DNA from: a virus
Lineage: Duplodnaviria; Heunggongvirae; Uroviricota; Caudoviricetes
Length of the DNA stretch: 40,561 nucleotides
Direction: 5' to 3' (one strand)
IMG/VR virus record: IMGVR_UViG_2734482585_000012
Made by a program: the position numbers and the translations under genes. The notes below the pieces were generated by a model. That model was not told where the DNA came from, made no database searches, and worked only from the letters and a program-made list of their open reading frames with translations. This document shows positions 1-9,356 of this stretch, in pieces; the stretch's first letter is position 1, and each line of letters opens with the position of its first letter.

Positions 1-66
1 CTGCGTGGACTTCAGGTTGTCCTTCGCTTCGCGCGGGGTATGCCCCTTACTGCTGCCTTTACCCAT
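1..66 (-). CDS. J: Tail tip / host-specificity protein J, first 22 codons only (gene continues beyond window start)
   Basis: Reverse complement of 1..66 translates to MGKGSSKGHTPREAKDNLKSTQ, which I recognise as the lambda J N-terminus; SD-like GGAGCGTGAGGA immediately upstream on minus strand. Confidence 0.8.
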   Translation of the reverse strand, partial: MGKGSSKGHTPREAKDNLKSTQ

Positions 67-87
67 TCCTCACGCTCCATAAACGAC

Positions 88-108
88 AAAACCGCCCGCA
101 GGCGGTTT
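88..108 (-). terminator. Hairpin (ACCGCC/GGCGGT stem) followed by U-run on minus-strand transcript, between I and J
   Basis: Seen directly: aaaccgcccgcaggcggttt; minus-strand reading gives stem-loop then TTTTGTCGTTT. Confidence 0.3.
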
Positions 109-126
109 CTCATAAAACATTTTGCA

Positions 127-651
127 TCAGCGACCAATCACCACAACCTGACCACCATCCCCTTCGTCTGCCGTGCTGATCTCCTGAGAAACCACACGTG
201 ACCCCACGCGCATTTCCCCGTACAGAACAGGCAGAACATTACCCTGGGCAACCATGTTATCCAGTGACGAGAAATACGTGTTCTGTTTGCCGTTATCTGT
301 ACTGGCTGCCGTGGGCGTCCTGGCTTTCGGTGCCAGCATCTGCGCCACACCACCCAGGATCATACTGGCCCCTGCTGCATACATACCCGATACAGCCGCG
401 GCCCCCAGCCAGCCCACAGGGTTCCACCATGCCACCGCAATCAGCGCCGCACCCAGCACCGCCTGAAACACACCGCCACTTTTGGCACCCGCCAGACGCG
501 GAACGATGTGGATCACGGCACCATTTGCCAGCGGTTCATTAAGACGGGCAGATAATTCATTTTCGCCTGCATCACGCCCGGCAATGCGCACCTGATACCA
601 GCCGTCGCTCAGTTTCTGACGAAATGCCGGGAGCTGTGTGGCCAGTGCCCG
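127..651 (-). CDS. I: Tail assembly protein I (5' part lost in N-run)
   Basis: ORF 127..945 C-terminal 170 aa (…GENELSARLNEPLANGAVIHIVP…GEMRVGSRVVSQEISTADEGDGG) recognised as lambda gpI family; gene order J-I-K-L-M-H as in lambda. Confidence 0.75.
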   Translation of the reverse strand, partial: RALATQLPAFRQKLSDGWYQVRIAGRDAGENELSARLNEPLANGAVIHIVPRLAGAKSGGVFQAVLGAALIAVAWWNPVGWLGAAAVSGMYAAGASMILGGVAQMLAPKARTPTAASTDNGKQNTYFSSLDNMVAQGNVLPVLYGEMRVGSRVVSQEISTADEGDGGQVVVIGR

Positions 652-914
652 NNNNNNNNNNNNNNNNNNNNNNNNNNNNNNNNNNNNNNNNNNNNNNNNN
701 NNNNNNNNNNNNNNNNNNNNNNNNNNNNNNNNNNNNNNNNNNNNNNNNNNNNNNNNNNNNNNNNNNNNNNNNNNNNNNNNNNNNNNNNNNNNNNNNNNNN
801 NNNNNNNNNNNNNNNNNNNNNNNNNNNNNNNNNNNNNNNNNNNNNNNNNNNNNNNNNNNNNNNNNNNNNNNNNNNNNNNNNNNNNNNNNNNNNNNNNNNN
901 NNNNNNNNNNNNNN
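652..914. other. Assembly gap (263 N)
   Basis: Run of n characters in the sequence. Confidence 1.
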
Positions 915-1345
915 TCATCCTCACGATGAAAATCCGGCATCTCAATCCCCGCCAGATGGTAAGCGTCCCGGAACAGCGTGTAACAGTCCGTCACCCCGTG
1001 CTCAAAGCGCCGCCCGGTGAGATGCGGCACACAGCGGAACTTGTGAATCGCCCCGCGGCAGACCAGCCACCACGACAAATCACTCTGCACCTGCAGCCGC
1101 CGGTCGGCCTCACTCAGCCAGGGCAGACCACCGGGGTGGCTGTGGACCAGCGCCACAATCTCACCCTGCATCTCTGCCTGCAGCCAGTCCTCCGGAGCCA
1201 TCCGGAAATACTCCTCCGGCTCACCGGAAATATTCACGCAGGGAAAATATCTTTCCCCCTCCGGTGTTCTCACCACGAAGCCGCACGACTCCGCTGGCGC
1301 ACATCGCCGGGCGTGCGCCAGAATCGCTGATTCTGTCTGTGTCAT
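915..1345 (-). CDS. K: Tail tip assembly protein K (MPN/JAB plus NlpC/P60-like), 3' end lost in N-run
   Basis: N-terminal 143 aa MTQTESAILAHARRCAPAESCGFVVR…HSHPGG… recognised as lambda gpK family; position between L and I. Confidence 0.8.
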
Positions 1346-1350
1346 GGGAT

Positions 1351-2049
1351 TTACTGCGAAAGTTTGTTAATGGAAAGGAAGCCGCCAAAGTTGCCGACGT
1401 TATTGCGGAACTTACAACCGCTCAGGCATTTGCTGCATTTATCCTTCGTGATATCGGACGTTGGCTGGTCATATTCATCCGCGACAGCCGGACCGTGATA
1501 ACCGCACTCATCACCGCGATAGGTCCAGGTGCAGGTATTAGCAAGCATGATGCGCCCCGGAAAAACAGCGCCGTCCGTTTCCGTCGGCGTGGACAGTACA
1601 AAGGAGGCACTGACCGCGCTCAGTTCGCTGCACTGCTCAATACGCCAGCGGCTGATCACCTCCTGCTCCGGATCGGCGTCACTGTTTCCGTTGACGAAGT
1701 TCACCGCATCCAGAAAACGGGCGTAAACCTTACGCCTGACCACCGTTCCGCCGACCAGACTCTGCAGGTCTTCCGCCATCCCGGTGACCATGCCGTGCAG
1801 ATTAGAGACTTTCAGCGTTGGCCTTGCACTGGCACCTTTGCCGTTCATCTCAAATCCACTCCCCTGAATGGGATAGGCCTGATACTGCCGACTCTGCCAG
1901 GTGACAGACTCTCCTTTCTCGTTCTGCTCATTGCAGAAAAAGTAGCGATCCCCGCCTACCTCGGTCAGGTCGATTTCCCAGAGCACCACGCTGGCCGACT
2001 GCTCCGCACGAATGCATTCATTCAGCGTTTCCTGTTGTATGTCCTGCAT
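1351..2049 (-). CDS. L: Minor tail protein L
   Basis: 232 aa, same length as lambda gpL; Cys-rich C-terminus (CGYHGP…CSKCLSGC); position between M and K. Confidence 0.8.
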   Translation of the reverse strand: MQDIQQETLNECIRAEQSASVVLWEIDLTEVGGDRYFFCNEQNEKGESVTWQSRQYQAYPIQGSGFEMNGKGASARPTLKVSNLHGMVTGMAEDLQSLVGGTVVRRKVYARFLDAVNFVNGNSDADPEQEVISRWRIEQCSELSAVSASFVLSTPTETDGAVFPGRIMLANTCTWTYRGDECGYHGPAVADEYDQPTSDITKDKCSKCLSGCKFRNNVGNFGGFLSINKLSQ

Positions 2050-2387
2050 CAGATCACCACTTCGTCAAACTGACACGAAAAATCGGTATAGGTGATATGT
2101 TCTGTCGCTGACCACGTTCGACACACCACTCTGATTTTTCTGTTAATACCCGGCGGGCGCCAAAAAAAAGATTTATAGCCTTCATGCCGGGCTAAAAATT
2201 TTTCAAATGAATCACGTTCATTCGCCTCAACTTTGAAATCACAGGTGAAAACGCGCAGAGAATGATTAAGTCCATTTGGACTTCGTTGCTCATAACCATC
2301 ACCAAATCTTACAGTTTTTATCGATGGTTTATTTTCTGTTTTCATTCCATCCTCTGGTAACCAGTGAAATTCTTCCGTATTAGCCAC
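2049..2387 (-). CDS. M: Minor tail protein M
   Basis: 112 aa with …[16 protein letters not shown]…[16 protein letters not shown]… resembling lambda gpM; overlaps tape measure stop. Confidence 0.8.
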   Translation of the reverse strand: MANTEEFHWLPEDGMKTENKPSIKTVRFGDGYEQRSPNGLNHSLRVFTCDFKVEANERDSFEKFLARHEGYKSFFWRPPGINRKIRVVCRTWSATEHITYTDFSCQFDEVVI

Positions 2388-5300
2388 TTAACATTCCCCC
2401 ATCACGTCGCATATTTAACAGATTGCCCTGCACCCGCTGATCAACCATCCCCATAAGTGCTTTTATTGCCTGAGGGCCAATCTCTCCATTCTGGCCGTCA
2501 TTTTGAATAGTGATTTGGTATACAGGGGCATAGGTAATATCTCCGCCTCCATTACCACTTTTACTATTAATAGCTCTGACACCAAGAGAACCATCGGAAG
2601 TTCGTGTTAATGGCATAATGGCTTCCGGTCCAGCCTCACCAAAAACACCAGCCCCTTTTGCAAAAGCAAAAAATTGCGGGGAATCATAAATACCGTTCGA
2701 ATACGTGCTCAATGACGGAGACTCATAAACACCGCCCTTTGCATTCGGAATAAATTTACTAATAGCACTCCCGATAGTTCCTAAAATCCCCCCAGAAGAA
2801 CTGTTACTAATGCTGTCGAAAATCCCAGTAATTGAAGCCTTTAATGCTATTCGACTAAGATCCGAAATCACGGAAGTAGCGAAAGAACGAAAATTTGCCT
2901 TGCCTGTCGTGACAAAATCACCCAGCGCATCGGTCATCCCATCAAACATCTGAGTCGTGGTTGATTTTATCTGCTCACTGATATCCTTAGTGTCATCCAG
3001 CCAGTTATTGAATCCCTGGGAGGCACCACTAACCCAGTCTCCTGCCTGAATATCGAGCTGCTCGTTTTTCTGTCTGACAATTTCTTTTTCCCGTTCCAGA
3101 GCATCATTCAGAGCCTGCATTTTCTCTTGAAAAACATGATCTGACATTCCACGGGATTTATCTGCATAGTCACGTTCAAGTTGCAGACGCTGATTGTTAT
3201 ATCCATGTTCAATCCGCAGTAATTCCTGCTGGCGTTGCTGATTTTTATCGCCAACCCCATAACCAGCAATCTGAATATCATACCCCTGCTGACGATTATC
3301 AATCGAAGCCTGCAATGAATCACGCCATGCTGTTATTTCGGCGGATTCCTTGATTAGCCTGTTATTTTTTTCAATCGCAACATTTTTCTCCATCAACGTG
3401 GTTATTTCTTCCCGGTGTAAGAGAAGCGATTTCTGATCCTGGGTTAATTTCGATGATGGTCGTGACTCTAGGTCGGCAATCCGCTGACGCCACTTAACCA
3501 GTTCCTGTTCAGAGGAACTTAATTTAACGGTCAACTCAGCTTGTGAACTTAGTAACGCATTCTGTTGATTCAGATGATCAATCATTCGTTGGGCTGCATC
3601 ATCAGAATAACCTTTCGCCTTTGGTTGCTTTGGATCTTTATAACGCTCATTTATTTGAGCGATAAGATTATTATATTCTTCCTTTGAATACTGATTCTTT
3701 AGCTTTTCCAGTTTTGCAAGTTCACTAGCTCTCTGCTGCTCCCGGGTCTGATATTGTTTTGAAAAGGCATCTGCTCTCTGTCTGAGTTCAATTCCTTCCT
3801 GTTGTCGCTTGTTGTAATCGTTTATTGATGAATTTAGTACGTCCTGAGCAATTTTTTCTGCTTGAAGTACGCCCAATTGCTGCTTTAATCGTGCCAGCCT
3901 TTTATTTTGAGCTCCGCCATCTCCAATGCCACCTAACCCGAAAACTCCGGGTCGGGTATTTTTTTCTATTTCATCAATTTGACGGAGAACATCTGAGATT
4001 TTTTGATCAAGGGAGGCCTCACGGCCAATATCCAGCATGGAATCCCATGCCCATTTTGCGGAGTCTGCGACAGCTTTCCATGCAGTCTCAAGATAACCAA
4101 GATTTTCTTTAATCTGGTTGGTGCGCTGGATCATTGAGGATGAGTATTCTTCTGTCGCAATGCGGGCGGCCTCCTGCTGGTTCCCTTCATCCTGTAGCGC
4201 CTTAATCTGGTTATAAGTCGCAAGTGTCAGAAAATGGTACTGATCATTAAGTTTTGATATGGCACTGACAGGATCCTTTGCAATTTCATTGAAGTCATTA
4301 ACCAGTTGTTCGGTTGATATTCCTGTTACTTCGCTCGTTTTTACTATCGCTGTCGTCACTTGCTCCAGCGAACTGCTCGCTACCTTTCCCGAACGCACAA
4401 GCTGATTTAATACTGCCGCCGCAGCACCAGTTGTCGAATCAGCCGCATTCCCGGCACGTTGAGCTATATCGCCCAATTGCCCGCTGGTTGTCCCCAACTG
4501 ATTTCCGGTAAGAATAAGAGATTTATTAAATTCGTCCTGCTCCTGAGAGCCTTTATAGTAAGCCAGTCCTAAGACCCCAACGGCTGCTGCGGCCAGGGTA
4601 AAAGGATTAATTAATCCCAGCACATAAGAACCTACACCTTTGATCGCCGGGCCAATCCCACCGAACATATCTTTTAGCTGGCCGCCCTGCTGCATTAACA
4701 CCATAAATGGCGACTGACCAGTGGACAACCCAACAACAATATCCGTCATTTGTACAGGCAACATGCGCATAGCAAAAGCCGTTTGTTTTGCCGACATTCC
4801 GGTTTTGCTTAATTGTGATTGAGTAACCTCAAGCTCACTCCGCATAGCACGAAGTTTTCCAGAAAGCTCCTCATACATTTCAGGAGAAAGCATCCCCTTA
4901 GCTTTTGCTTCATTGAGCTGTTTCTGTTGTTCTACCAGACGATTAAAAGCAGTTCCGACAGGATCAAGTTGAGCAATCAGACGTTGCAAAGCAACAACCT
5001 GTTCATCATGCGCTTTTGCTGCTTCTCGCTCTGCCTGAGCCTCTCCGGTAAGCTCTCGCCGTGTTTCCTGTATTTTTCGGCTATAATTCTCAAACTGAGA
5101 ACCATTTATTTTCCCGGATGCAAACGCAGCATTAAGTTCATCATGCTGTTGTTCAAGATTTCTTAGCGCCGCAGCCAGAGGGTCGATCTTGTCCAGCATT
5201 CTTTGAAAGGCCTGAGCCTGCGCTTCCTGCTGGGCGGCAGCAAGTTTTCCGGCCTTCTCGGCTTCTCTCTGCGCTTGCGCAACCCCGCTCAATTCCTCTG

Positions 5301-5613
5301 TGGTTTCATTAAGTTTACGGACAAGAAATTCATATTCTTCTTTATCAATAAGCCCTTTATCGAAAAATTTCTTTAATTCAGAATAGCGTCGACCGACAGT
5401 ATCAATTGCGGCACCAACTGGATCAATAGCTGCTTTTAATTTTGCGAGCGCGTTCTTCTCATCTTCTGTTGCCTTAGTCACTTTCCCTGCGCTATTTGCA
5501 GCAGTTTCCCCAGCCTGCGTCATTTTGACTAATGAGGAGGTCAGATTGTCAGCATTATTTTTCGCTCCAGTGCTATCAATAATTATTGCGAGACGCGAGG
5601 TTTGCTCTGCCAT
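2380..5613 (-). CDS. H: Tail tape measure protein
   Basis: 1077-aa ORF, long coiled-coil-like Ala/Gln/Glu-rich N-half, hydrophobic central segment, position between chaperone and M; SD AGGAG upstream. Confidence 0.9.
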   Translation of the reverse strand: MAEQTSRLAIIIDSTGAKNNADNLTSSLVKMTQAGETAANSAGKVTKATEDEKNALAKLKAAIDPVGAAIDTVGRRYSELKKFFDKGLIDKEEYEFLVRKLNETTEELSGVAQAQREAEKAGKLAAAQQEAQAQAFQRMLDKIDPLAAALRNLEQQHDELNAAFASGKINGSQFENYSRKIQETRRELTGEAQAEREAAKAHDEQVVALQRLIAQLDPVGTAFNRLVEQQKQLNEAKAKGMLSPEMYEELSGKLRAMRSELEVTQSQLSKTGMSAKQTAFAMRMLPVQMTDIVVGLSTGQSPFMVLMQQGGQLKDMFGGIGPAIKGVGSYVLGLINPFTLAAAAVGVLGLAYYKGSQEQDEFNKSLILTGNQLGTTSGQLGDIAQRAGNAADSTTGAAAAVLNQLVRSGKVASSSLEQVTTAIVKTSEVTGISTEQLVNDFNEIAKDPVSAISKLNDQYHFLTLATYNQIKALQDEGNQQEAARIATEEYSSSMIQRTNQIKENLGYLETAWKAVADSAKWAWDSMLDIGREASLDQKISDVLRQIDEIEKNTRPGVFGLGGIGDGGAQNKRLARLKQQLGVLQAEKIAQDVLNSSINDYNKRQQEGIELRQRADAFSKQYQTREQQRASELAKLEKLKNQYSKEEYNNLIAQINERYKDPKQPKAKGYSDDAAQRMIDHLNQQNALLSSQAELTVKLSSSEQELVKWRQRIADLESRPSSKLTQDQKSLLLHREEITTLMEKNVAIEKNNRLIKESAEITAWRDSLQASIDNRQQGYDIQIAGYGVGDKNQQRQQELLRIEHGYNNQRLQLERDYADKSRGMSDHVFQEKMQALNDALEREKEIVRQKNEQLDIQAGDWVSGASQGFNNWLDDTKDISEQIKSTTTQMFDGMTDALGDFVTTGKANFRSFATSVISDLSRIALKASITGIFDSISNSSSGGILGTIGSAISKFIPNAKGGVYESPSLSTYSNGIYDSPQFFAFAKGAGVFGEAGPEAIMPLTRTSDGSLGVRAINSKSGNGGGDITYAPVYQITIQNDGQNGEIGPQAIKALMGMVDQRVQGNLLNMRRDGGMLSG

Positions 5614-5633
5614 TTATTAAAACTCCTGACAAC

Positions 5634-5660
5634 AAAAAACCCACCGCGAAGTGGGTTTCA
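5634..5660 (-). terminator. Terminator-like hairpin just upstream of tape measure start (minus-strand sense)
   Basis: aaaaaacccaccgcgaagtgggttt: 6-bp stem ACCCAC/GTGGGT, on minus strand followed by TTTTTTGTTGTC. Confidence 0.3.
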
Positions 5661-5778
5661 GGCGACATAATAGTAGATATAGCGATTACGAGGCCACGCA
5701 ATGCTTTTCTCCAGGAGCATCATCGATTTAATTAAAGACACCATCACATCTCTGTAACAGAGTGTACGTAATTAACAA

Positions 5779-6099
5779 CTACACACACTGCTCCTGAAAA
5801 TACTGGTCATCCAGTGCAAAGATCACTGCTTCAAATTCATCGCGCTCAATCAATACCGGATGAGTGGCTAAATATTCATTTATCTCTGTCAGAGATAAAG
5901 GCAAAGGCACCCCAGCCATTCCAGCATAACGTCGGGCACGGGATATTACCGAATAGGCGTACAACAACTCCTTAAGCACCGGGTCTATTTCTGGTTCCGG
6001 TATCGGTGGCAACCTGAGTTTTTCTCGCTTCCATCTTGCCTTTTCCCCCCTTTCTCCCCCGAACTCCGATAACCACCGCTGGGCAGCTATGGCTTTTTT
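5779..6099 (-). CDS. T: Tail assembly chaperone -1 frameshift extension (gpT-like part of a G-T fusion)
   Basis: The -1 frame is open from the slippery site through ORF 5779..6012 (…KKAIAAQRWLSEFGGERGEKARWKREKLRLPPIPEPEIDP…); frames checked codon by codon. Confidence 0.65.
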   Translation of the reverse strand, partial: KKAIAAQRWLSEFGGERGEKARWKREKLRLPPIPEPEIDPVLKELLYAYSVISRARRYAGMAGVPLPLSLTEINEYLATHPVLIERDEFEAVIFALDDQYFQEQCV

Positions 6100-6548
6100 A
6101 TCGTATCCTGCTTCTGCTGCTCTTTACCCTGGGCGATGCTGGCTGCTTCTGCAAGGATCTGCCAGTACAACTCTGGATTCTGCTTAAGCAGCGCGATCCC
6201 TCGTTCTGCCGTATATTCCAGTGCAACCTCAACACCATTAACCAGTTCACCAACCCCTTTCCAGTCTTTCAGCAGATAACGAGCGGCATTATCAATGAGT
6301 AAATCATCAACAGAATCCACCTCGGAAACCTTTGAAATATCAAACTCCTTCGTTCCGACGTGCAAACTGGCATCCATTTTCTCAATGTGGCGACGGATTA
6401 ATGCATTACGGGAGCGATACTGATCGTTATCGCTGCTTGCCACCAACAGTTTTAACCCGTCTACAGGTTTTAAGTCCTTCATTGGCGTAAACCAGCGTTC
6501 TCCACCAATGATAATTTTCTGATTAAGAATAAACATCCATAACCTCAT
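6087..6548 (-). CDS. G: Tail assembly chaperone (gpG-like)
   Basis: 153-aa ORF directly upstream of tape measure, ending at the slippery site; acidic small protein typical of tail chaperones. Confidence 0.7.
   Translation of the reverse strand: MRLWMFILNQKIIIGGERWFTPMKDLKPVDGLKLLVASSDNDQYRSRNALIRRHIEKMDASLHVGTKEFDISKVSEVDSVDDLLIDNAARYLLKDWKGVGELVNGVEVALEYTAERGIALLKQNPELYWQILAEAASIAQGKEQQKQDTIKKP
6093..6099 (-). promoter_or_regulatory. Programmed -1 ribosomal frameshift slippery heptamer A_AAA_AAG
   Basis: mRNA reads ATA AAA AAG CCA TAG in the chaperone frame; the zero-frame stop is 2 codons after the heptamer, as in lambda G/G-T and dnaX. Confidence 0.65.
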
Positions 6549-6596
6549 TCAATGCGTCCCCCTGTAGGGCAGTACCACAGGAGGAATAACGGAAAA

Positions 6597-7559
6597 TCAA
6601 CTAATCGCCTCAGCACTGGCTTTTGCGATCACGGCAGCCGGGGAATTTTTTTTTCTGGTTATCGTAGGTGCTTCATCTGCTGCGGTAATGCTCAATTGAA
6701 CCTGGATAATGTCGCTATTACCCCCATCAGGCCATTCACCTGACACCTGAACCTTCGGGAAACTGAAAGTGTATGCCCCCTCTCCATTCGAAAGCGTGAA
6801 GCTGAACGGAACTGTTTCTCCAGTCAGTGTTTTACTCCAGATTTCCCACGCGGCTTTAGACCATGAAAGCGTCACCGTACCGGACGGTGTAAAAGTAGTC
6901 GGAATATTTGCTCCTGCATAAGGCGAGCCAGTCCCGATACAACGCTGTGTCTGGAGTTTGTTATCGAACTGAATATCAAAACTGTCGATACAAAAACCGT
7001 TACCTCCGGCAACACCATTCAGGCTTACTGCTGAAACCTCCTTAAACGAATAACGTAGCTTTCCTGCACTATCCACAGGTTCGCCTTTGATAAAATTCGT
7101 ATCATCGGCCTTTGATTCCCAGTCCAGTCCGGCAAAGGTTACGGTCGCTGTAATATCGCCGTCGTTAGGGATCTGCATTTTCCATGAGCCAACCTGCGCT
7201 CCTCTGACGACAGAGGCAATTCCGACATCGGACGCATAGGTCGCCAGAGAAAATGTTATTCGCTCATTCCCCATTGTCAGAGAATCGCCTGACCATTCCG
7301 CGCCGAAACAGGATGCAAGAAAATCATCATGTTGACCCCAGCGAAATTTGGTACCAACATCACCGCCGACATCCACAGTGCCAGGCGTCGCCCCCTGAGC
7401 CATCCGGGAGCCACCAATCTCATTATTTTCGCCTTTATTCTGGGTGGGTTTTACTCCCCAGCTTGTGCGTTTTAATAAACTCCAGTCACCACTTGCTGGC
7501 GTAGTGCCTGCAACCGTCTCCCGGATAAATGCCGAGATAACCTTTGCACCTGAACTCAC
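6597..7559 (-). CDS. Major tail (tube) protein with C-terminal Ig-like domain
   Basis: 320 aa, Gly/Thr/Ser-rich beta-type composition; C-terminal segment (…FPKVQVSGEWPDGGNSDIIQVQLSITAADEAPTI…) looks like a Big_2-type decoration domain; position upstream of chaperone. Confidence 0.75.
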   Translation of the reverse strand: MSSGAKVISAFIRETVAGTTPASGDWSLLKRTSWGVKPTQNKGENNEIGGSRMAQGATPGTVDVGGDVGTKFRWGQHDDFLASCFGAEWSGDSLTMGNERITFSLATYASDVGIASVVRGAQVGSWKMQIPNDGDITATVTFAGLDWESKADDTNFIKGEPVDSAGKLRYSFKEVSAVSLNGVAGGNGFCIDSFDIQFDNKLQTQRCIGTGSPYAGANIPTTFTPSGTVTLSWSKAAWEIWSKTLTGETVPFSFTLSNGEGAYTFSFPKVQVSGEWPDGGNSDIIQVQLSITAADEAPTITRKKNSPAAVIAKASAEAIS

Positions 7560-7585
7560 AGGAGCCTCCTATGTCATTAATTGCG

Positions 7586-7978
7586 CTAGAGCGCGCGATA
7601 TGGAATTTGAAGATTAAGCTGGAACCAGCCATTCTTTTCGCCAACGGCTATTGAGGAAACAGCCTGGTAACTGAGACGATCGTCATCCTGAAACTCAAAC
7701 AGTTCCCGCAATTTATCGGCTGTCTCAGTAATGAGTTTTGAACCAGAACCTGCGGGGACAAATAACTGAATAATGATTATCCCCGTGCGATAAACAACCG
7801 GCCCCGCGCCAATTTCATTAACTCCAGCCTGCCCGGGAATATTACTTAACCGCGCCCAGATTAACTTACCGGAAGGATCGAACGTTGGCCCGTTCGGATA
7901 CAATACGTCTTTTCCATCAATAATCGTCTGTGCCGTCATTCTGGAAATAACCGTATTTCTGATTTCAGTAAACTTCAT
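7586..7978 (-). CDS. Tail terminator protein (gpU-like)
   Basis: 130 aa; N-terminus MKFTEIRNTVISRM resembles lambda gpU MKHTELRAAVLDAL; position immediately before the tail tube gene. Confidence 0.55.
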   Translation of the reverse strand: MKFTEIRNTVISRMTAQTIIDGKDVLYPNGPTFDPSGKLIWARLSNIPGQAGVNEIGAGPVVYRTGIIIIQLFVPAGSGSKLITETADKLRELFEFQDDDRLSYQAVSSIAVGEKNGWFQLNLQIPYRAL

Positions 7979-8355
7979 TTGTAAGCCTGTAAAACACCAT
8001 GAAAAGCGTTGGCATACACGCCAGTTGGCGCTTGTTGTGAATGACCGTTTTCAAGAGCCTCTGCATAAGGAAGGTTATTCTGGATATAAATAACCCCGTA
8101 ATTTGCAGCTTTCGAAATAACCCCGATCCCACGCTGAACAGCAATCGTACCGTTCGGATCCACGTTATCAGATATACCAAAATCGGGATGCTGTAACGAC
8201 ACCAGGTTGTTATTTCTGAAACGTCCGGTATCAACCGGAGCAGCAATATCAATAGCAGTAAGAATCTGCATAGCGATGTAGCGAATCTTCAGCCCTACAT
8301 CTTCCTCAATCATCCCGGCAAATATTGACGGTTCTATATCCCATGCCTTTGCCAT
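7975..8355 (-). CDS. Head-tail joining / tail completion protein (HK97 gp10-like)
   Basis: 126 aa with …VDTGRFRNN…LENGHS… pattern recalled from the HK97 gp10 family; position. Confidence 0.5.
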   Translation of the reverse strand: MAKAWDIEPSIFAGMIEEDVGLKIRYIAMQILTAIDIAAPVDTGRFRNNNLVSLQHPDFGISDNVDPNGTIAVQRGIGVISKAANYGVIYIQNNLPYAEALENGHSQQAPTGVYANAFHGVLQAYK

Positions 8356-8739
8356 TTACGCTCTCCTTAACTGGATAGAGTAAACTGATGCGGAAGGATC
8401 TACACTTGCTGTAATTACCTCGTATCGTTGTAACTGCCTTGATACAGGATCATAAATCTCAATAATATGGTCGACAGCTGGTTTATCCGTAACCTCGCAT
8501 ACCAGAGCGGTTAATTTAAGGTCACCATGCAAAATATTAATCCCATCAATTCTGCCCAGCTTATAACGTGTCAACACGCCTCGCCCGGTATAGATTGCGG
8601 TTGATTCGCCGCCAGTTTCCGTCACAGGATCCCAGTGCCGGTGCGTAACGTAAGAACCAGAAAAATCACTCACGGCGTCCGCTAAATCCTCATCAAAAGC
8701 AGCGGCAACCTCTGACTGAATCTCTTCACGAAGCCCCAT
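8356..8739 (-). CDS. Head-tail adaptor / head closure protein
   Basis: 127-aa ORF in the head-tail joining block; no specific motif recognised. Confidence 0.45.
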   Translation of the reverse strand: MGLREEIQSEVAAAFDEDLADAVSDFSGSYVTHRHWDPVTETGGESTAIYTGRGVLTRYKLGRIDGINILHGDLKLTALVCEVTDKPAVDHIIEIYDPVSRQLQRYEVITASVDPSASVYSIQLRRA

Positions 8740-9134
8740 TATCCCCCCCTCACAACCCTGACTTGTGAGCGACTAAGTCCGTACGGTTTCAGCAGTGCTA
8801 TCGCAAGCTGTAAATCGGGTTCAAGCAATGCAGTGCTGTTTGCTGGCAACTCAGAAAATGATTTCGATACACTGACCCCGTCAGCCGACACGGCTTTACT
8901 GATAACAACGCCAGAATCATTTTTCTGCTGAAACAACTTACCGAATGAGGCAATTCTGGCTGCATATGCTCCCGCAAGTTTTACCTCTTCCGGAATACGG
9001 GATGGGTTAATTTTCAGGTTGAAGCCATTAAGCCAGGCATTAGCCATTAAAACAGCTTTATTTTTAGCGTTCTCACTCGTCCAGGCGTTCCCAAACGCAT
9101 TATCAACGTCATCACAGGTCACGTAAGTGATCAT
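8739..9134 (-). CDS. Head-tail connector protein (gp6-like)
   Basis: 131-aa ORF after capsid block, SD AGGAG upstream; assignment by position. Confidence 0.45.
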   Translation of the reverse strand: MITYVTCDDVDNAFGNAWTSENAKNKAVLMANAWLNGFNLKINPSRIPEEVKLAGAYAARIASFGKLFQQKNDSGVVISKAVSADGVSVSKSFSELPANSTALLEPDLQLAIALLKPYGLSRSQVRVVRGG

Positions 9135-9137
9135 GTG

Positions 9138-9314
9138 TTACTCCTGAGTTTTCCAGCCCATAGCCTTCCAGTTGTCAACTTCATCAGGATGAACATTAGC
9201 GATAGTTGGTGCGCCGGGAAACATCTGATAATCGGTCACCATAACCACTAACTCAATTTGCGTTTTTTGTGCGGCTTCACGCTGTGCTCTTTGCTCTTTA
9301 GTTAATCCGGCCAT
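9138..9314 (-). CDS. Small hypothetical head-region protein (58 aa, not in ORF track)
   Basis: ATG at 9314 (minus) reads MAGLTKEQRAQREAAQKTQIELVVMVTDYQMFPGAPTIANVHPDEVDNWKAMGWKTQE; its stop overlaps the next gene start. Confidence 0.35.
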   Translation of the reverse strand: MAGLTKEQRAQREAAQKTQIELVVMVTDYQMFPGAPTIANVHPDEVDNWKAMGWKTQE

Positions 9315-9332
9315 ATGCCCCCCATTAAAAAT

Positions 9333-9350
9333 GGGGCCGAAGCCCCGTTT
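9333..9350 (-). terminator. GGGGC-TTCG-GCCCC hairpin plus U-run, 10 nt downstream of the capsid stop
   Basis: Seen directly: ggggccgaagcccc; minus strand reads GGGGCTTCGGCCCC then ATTTTTAA. Confidence 0.4.
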
Positions 9351-9356
9351 GAATGT

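Noticed and set aside
624-1330. Plus-strand ORFs 624..929 and 638..1330 and other frames running through the N-run
   Set aside because: Artifacts of translating through the N gap; antisense to tail genes K/I.
1264-2073. 269-aa plus-strand ORF overlapping L and K
   Set aside because: Antisense to two lambda-like tail genes that match known proteins; no start-site signals.
3108-5166. Several 65-115-aa ORFs (3108..3323 minus; 3825..4112, 4314..4511, 4819..5166 plus) inside the tape-measure gene
   Set aside because: They lie nested in or antisense to a 1077-aa gene with a clear coding frame; low-complexity translations; no SD. Treated as spurious.
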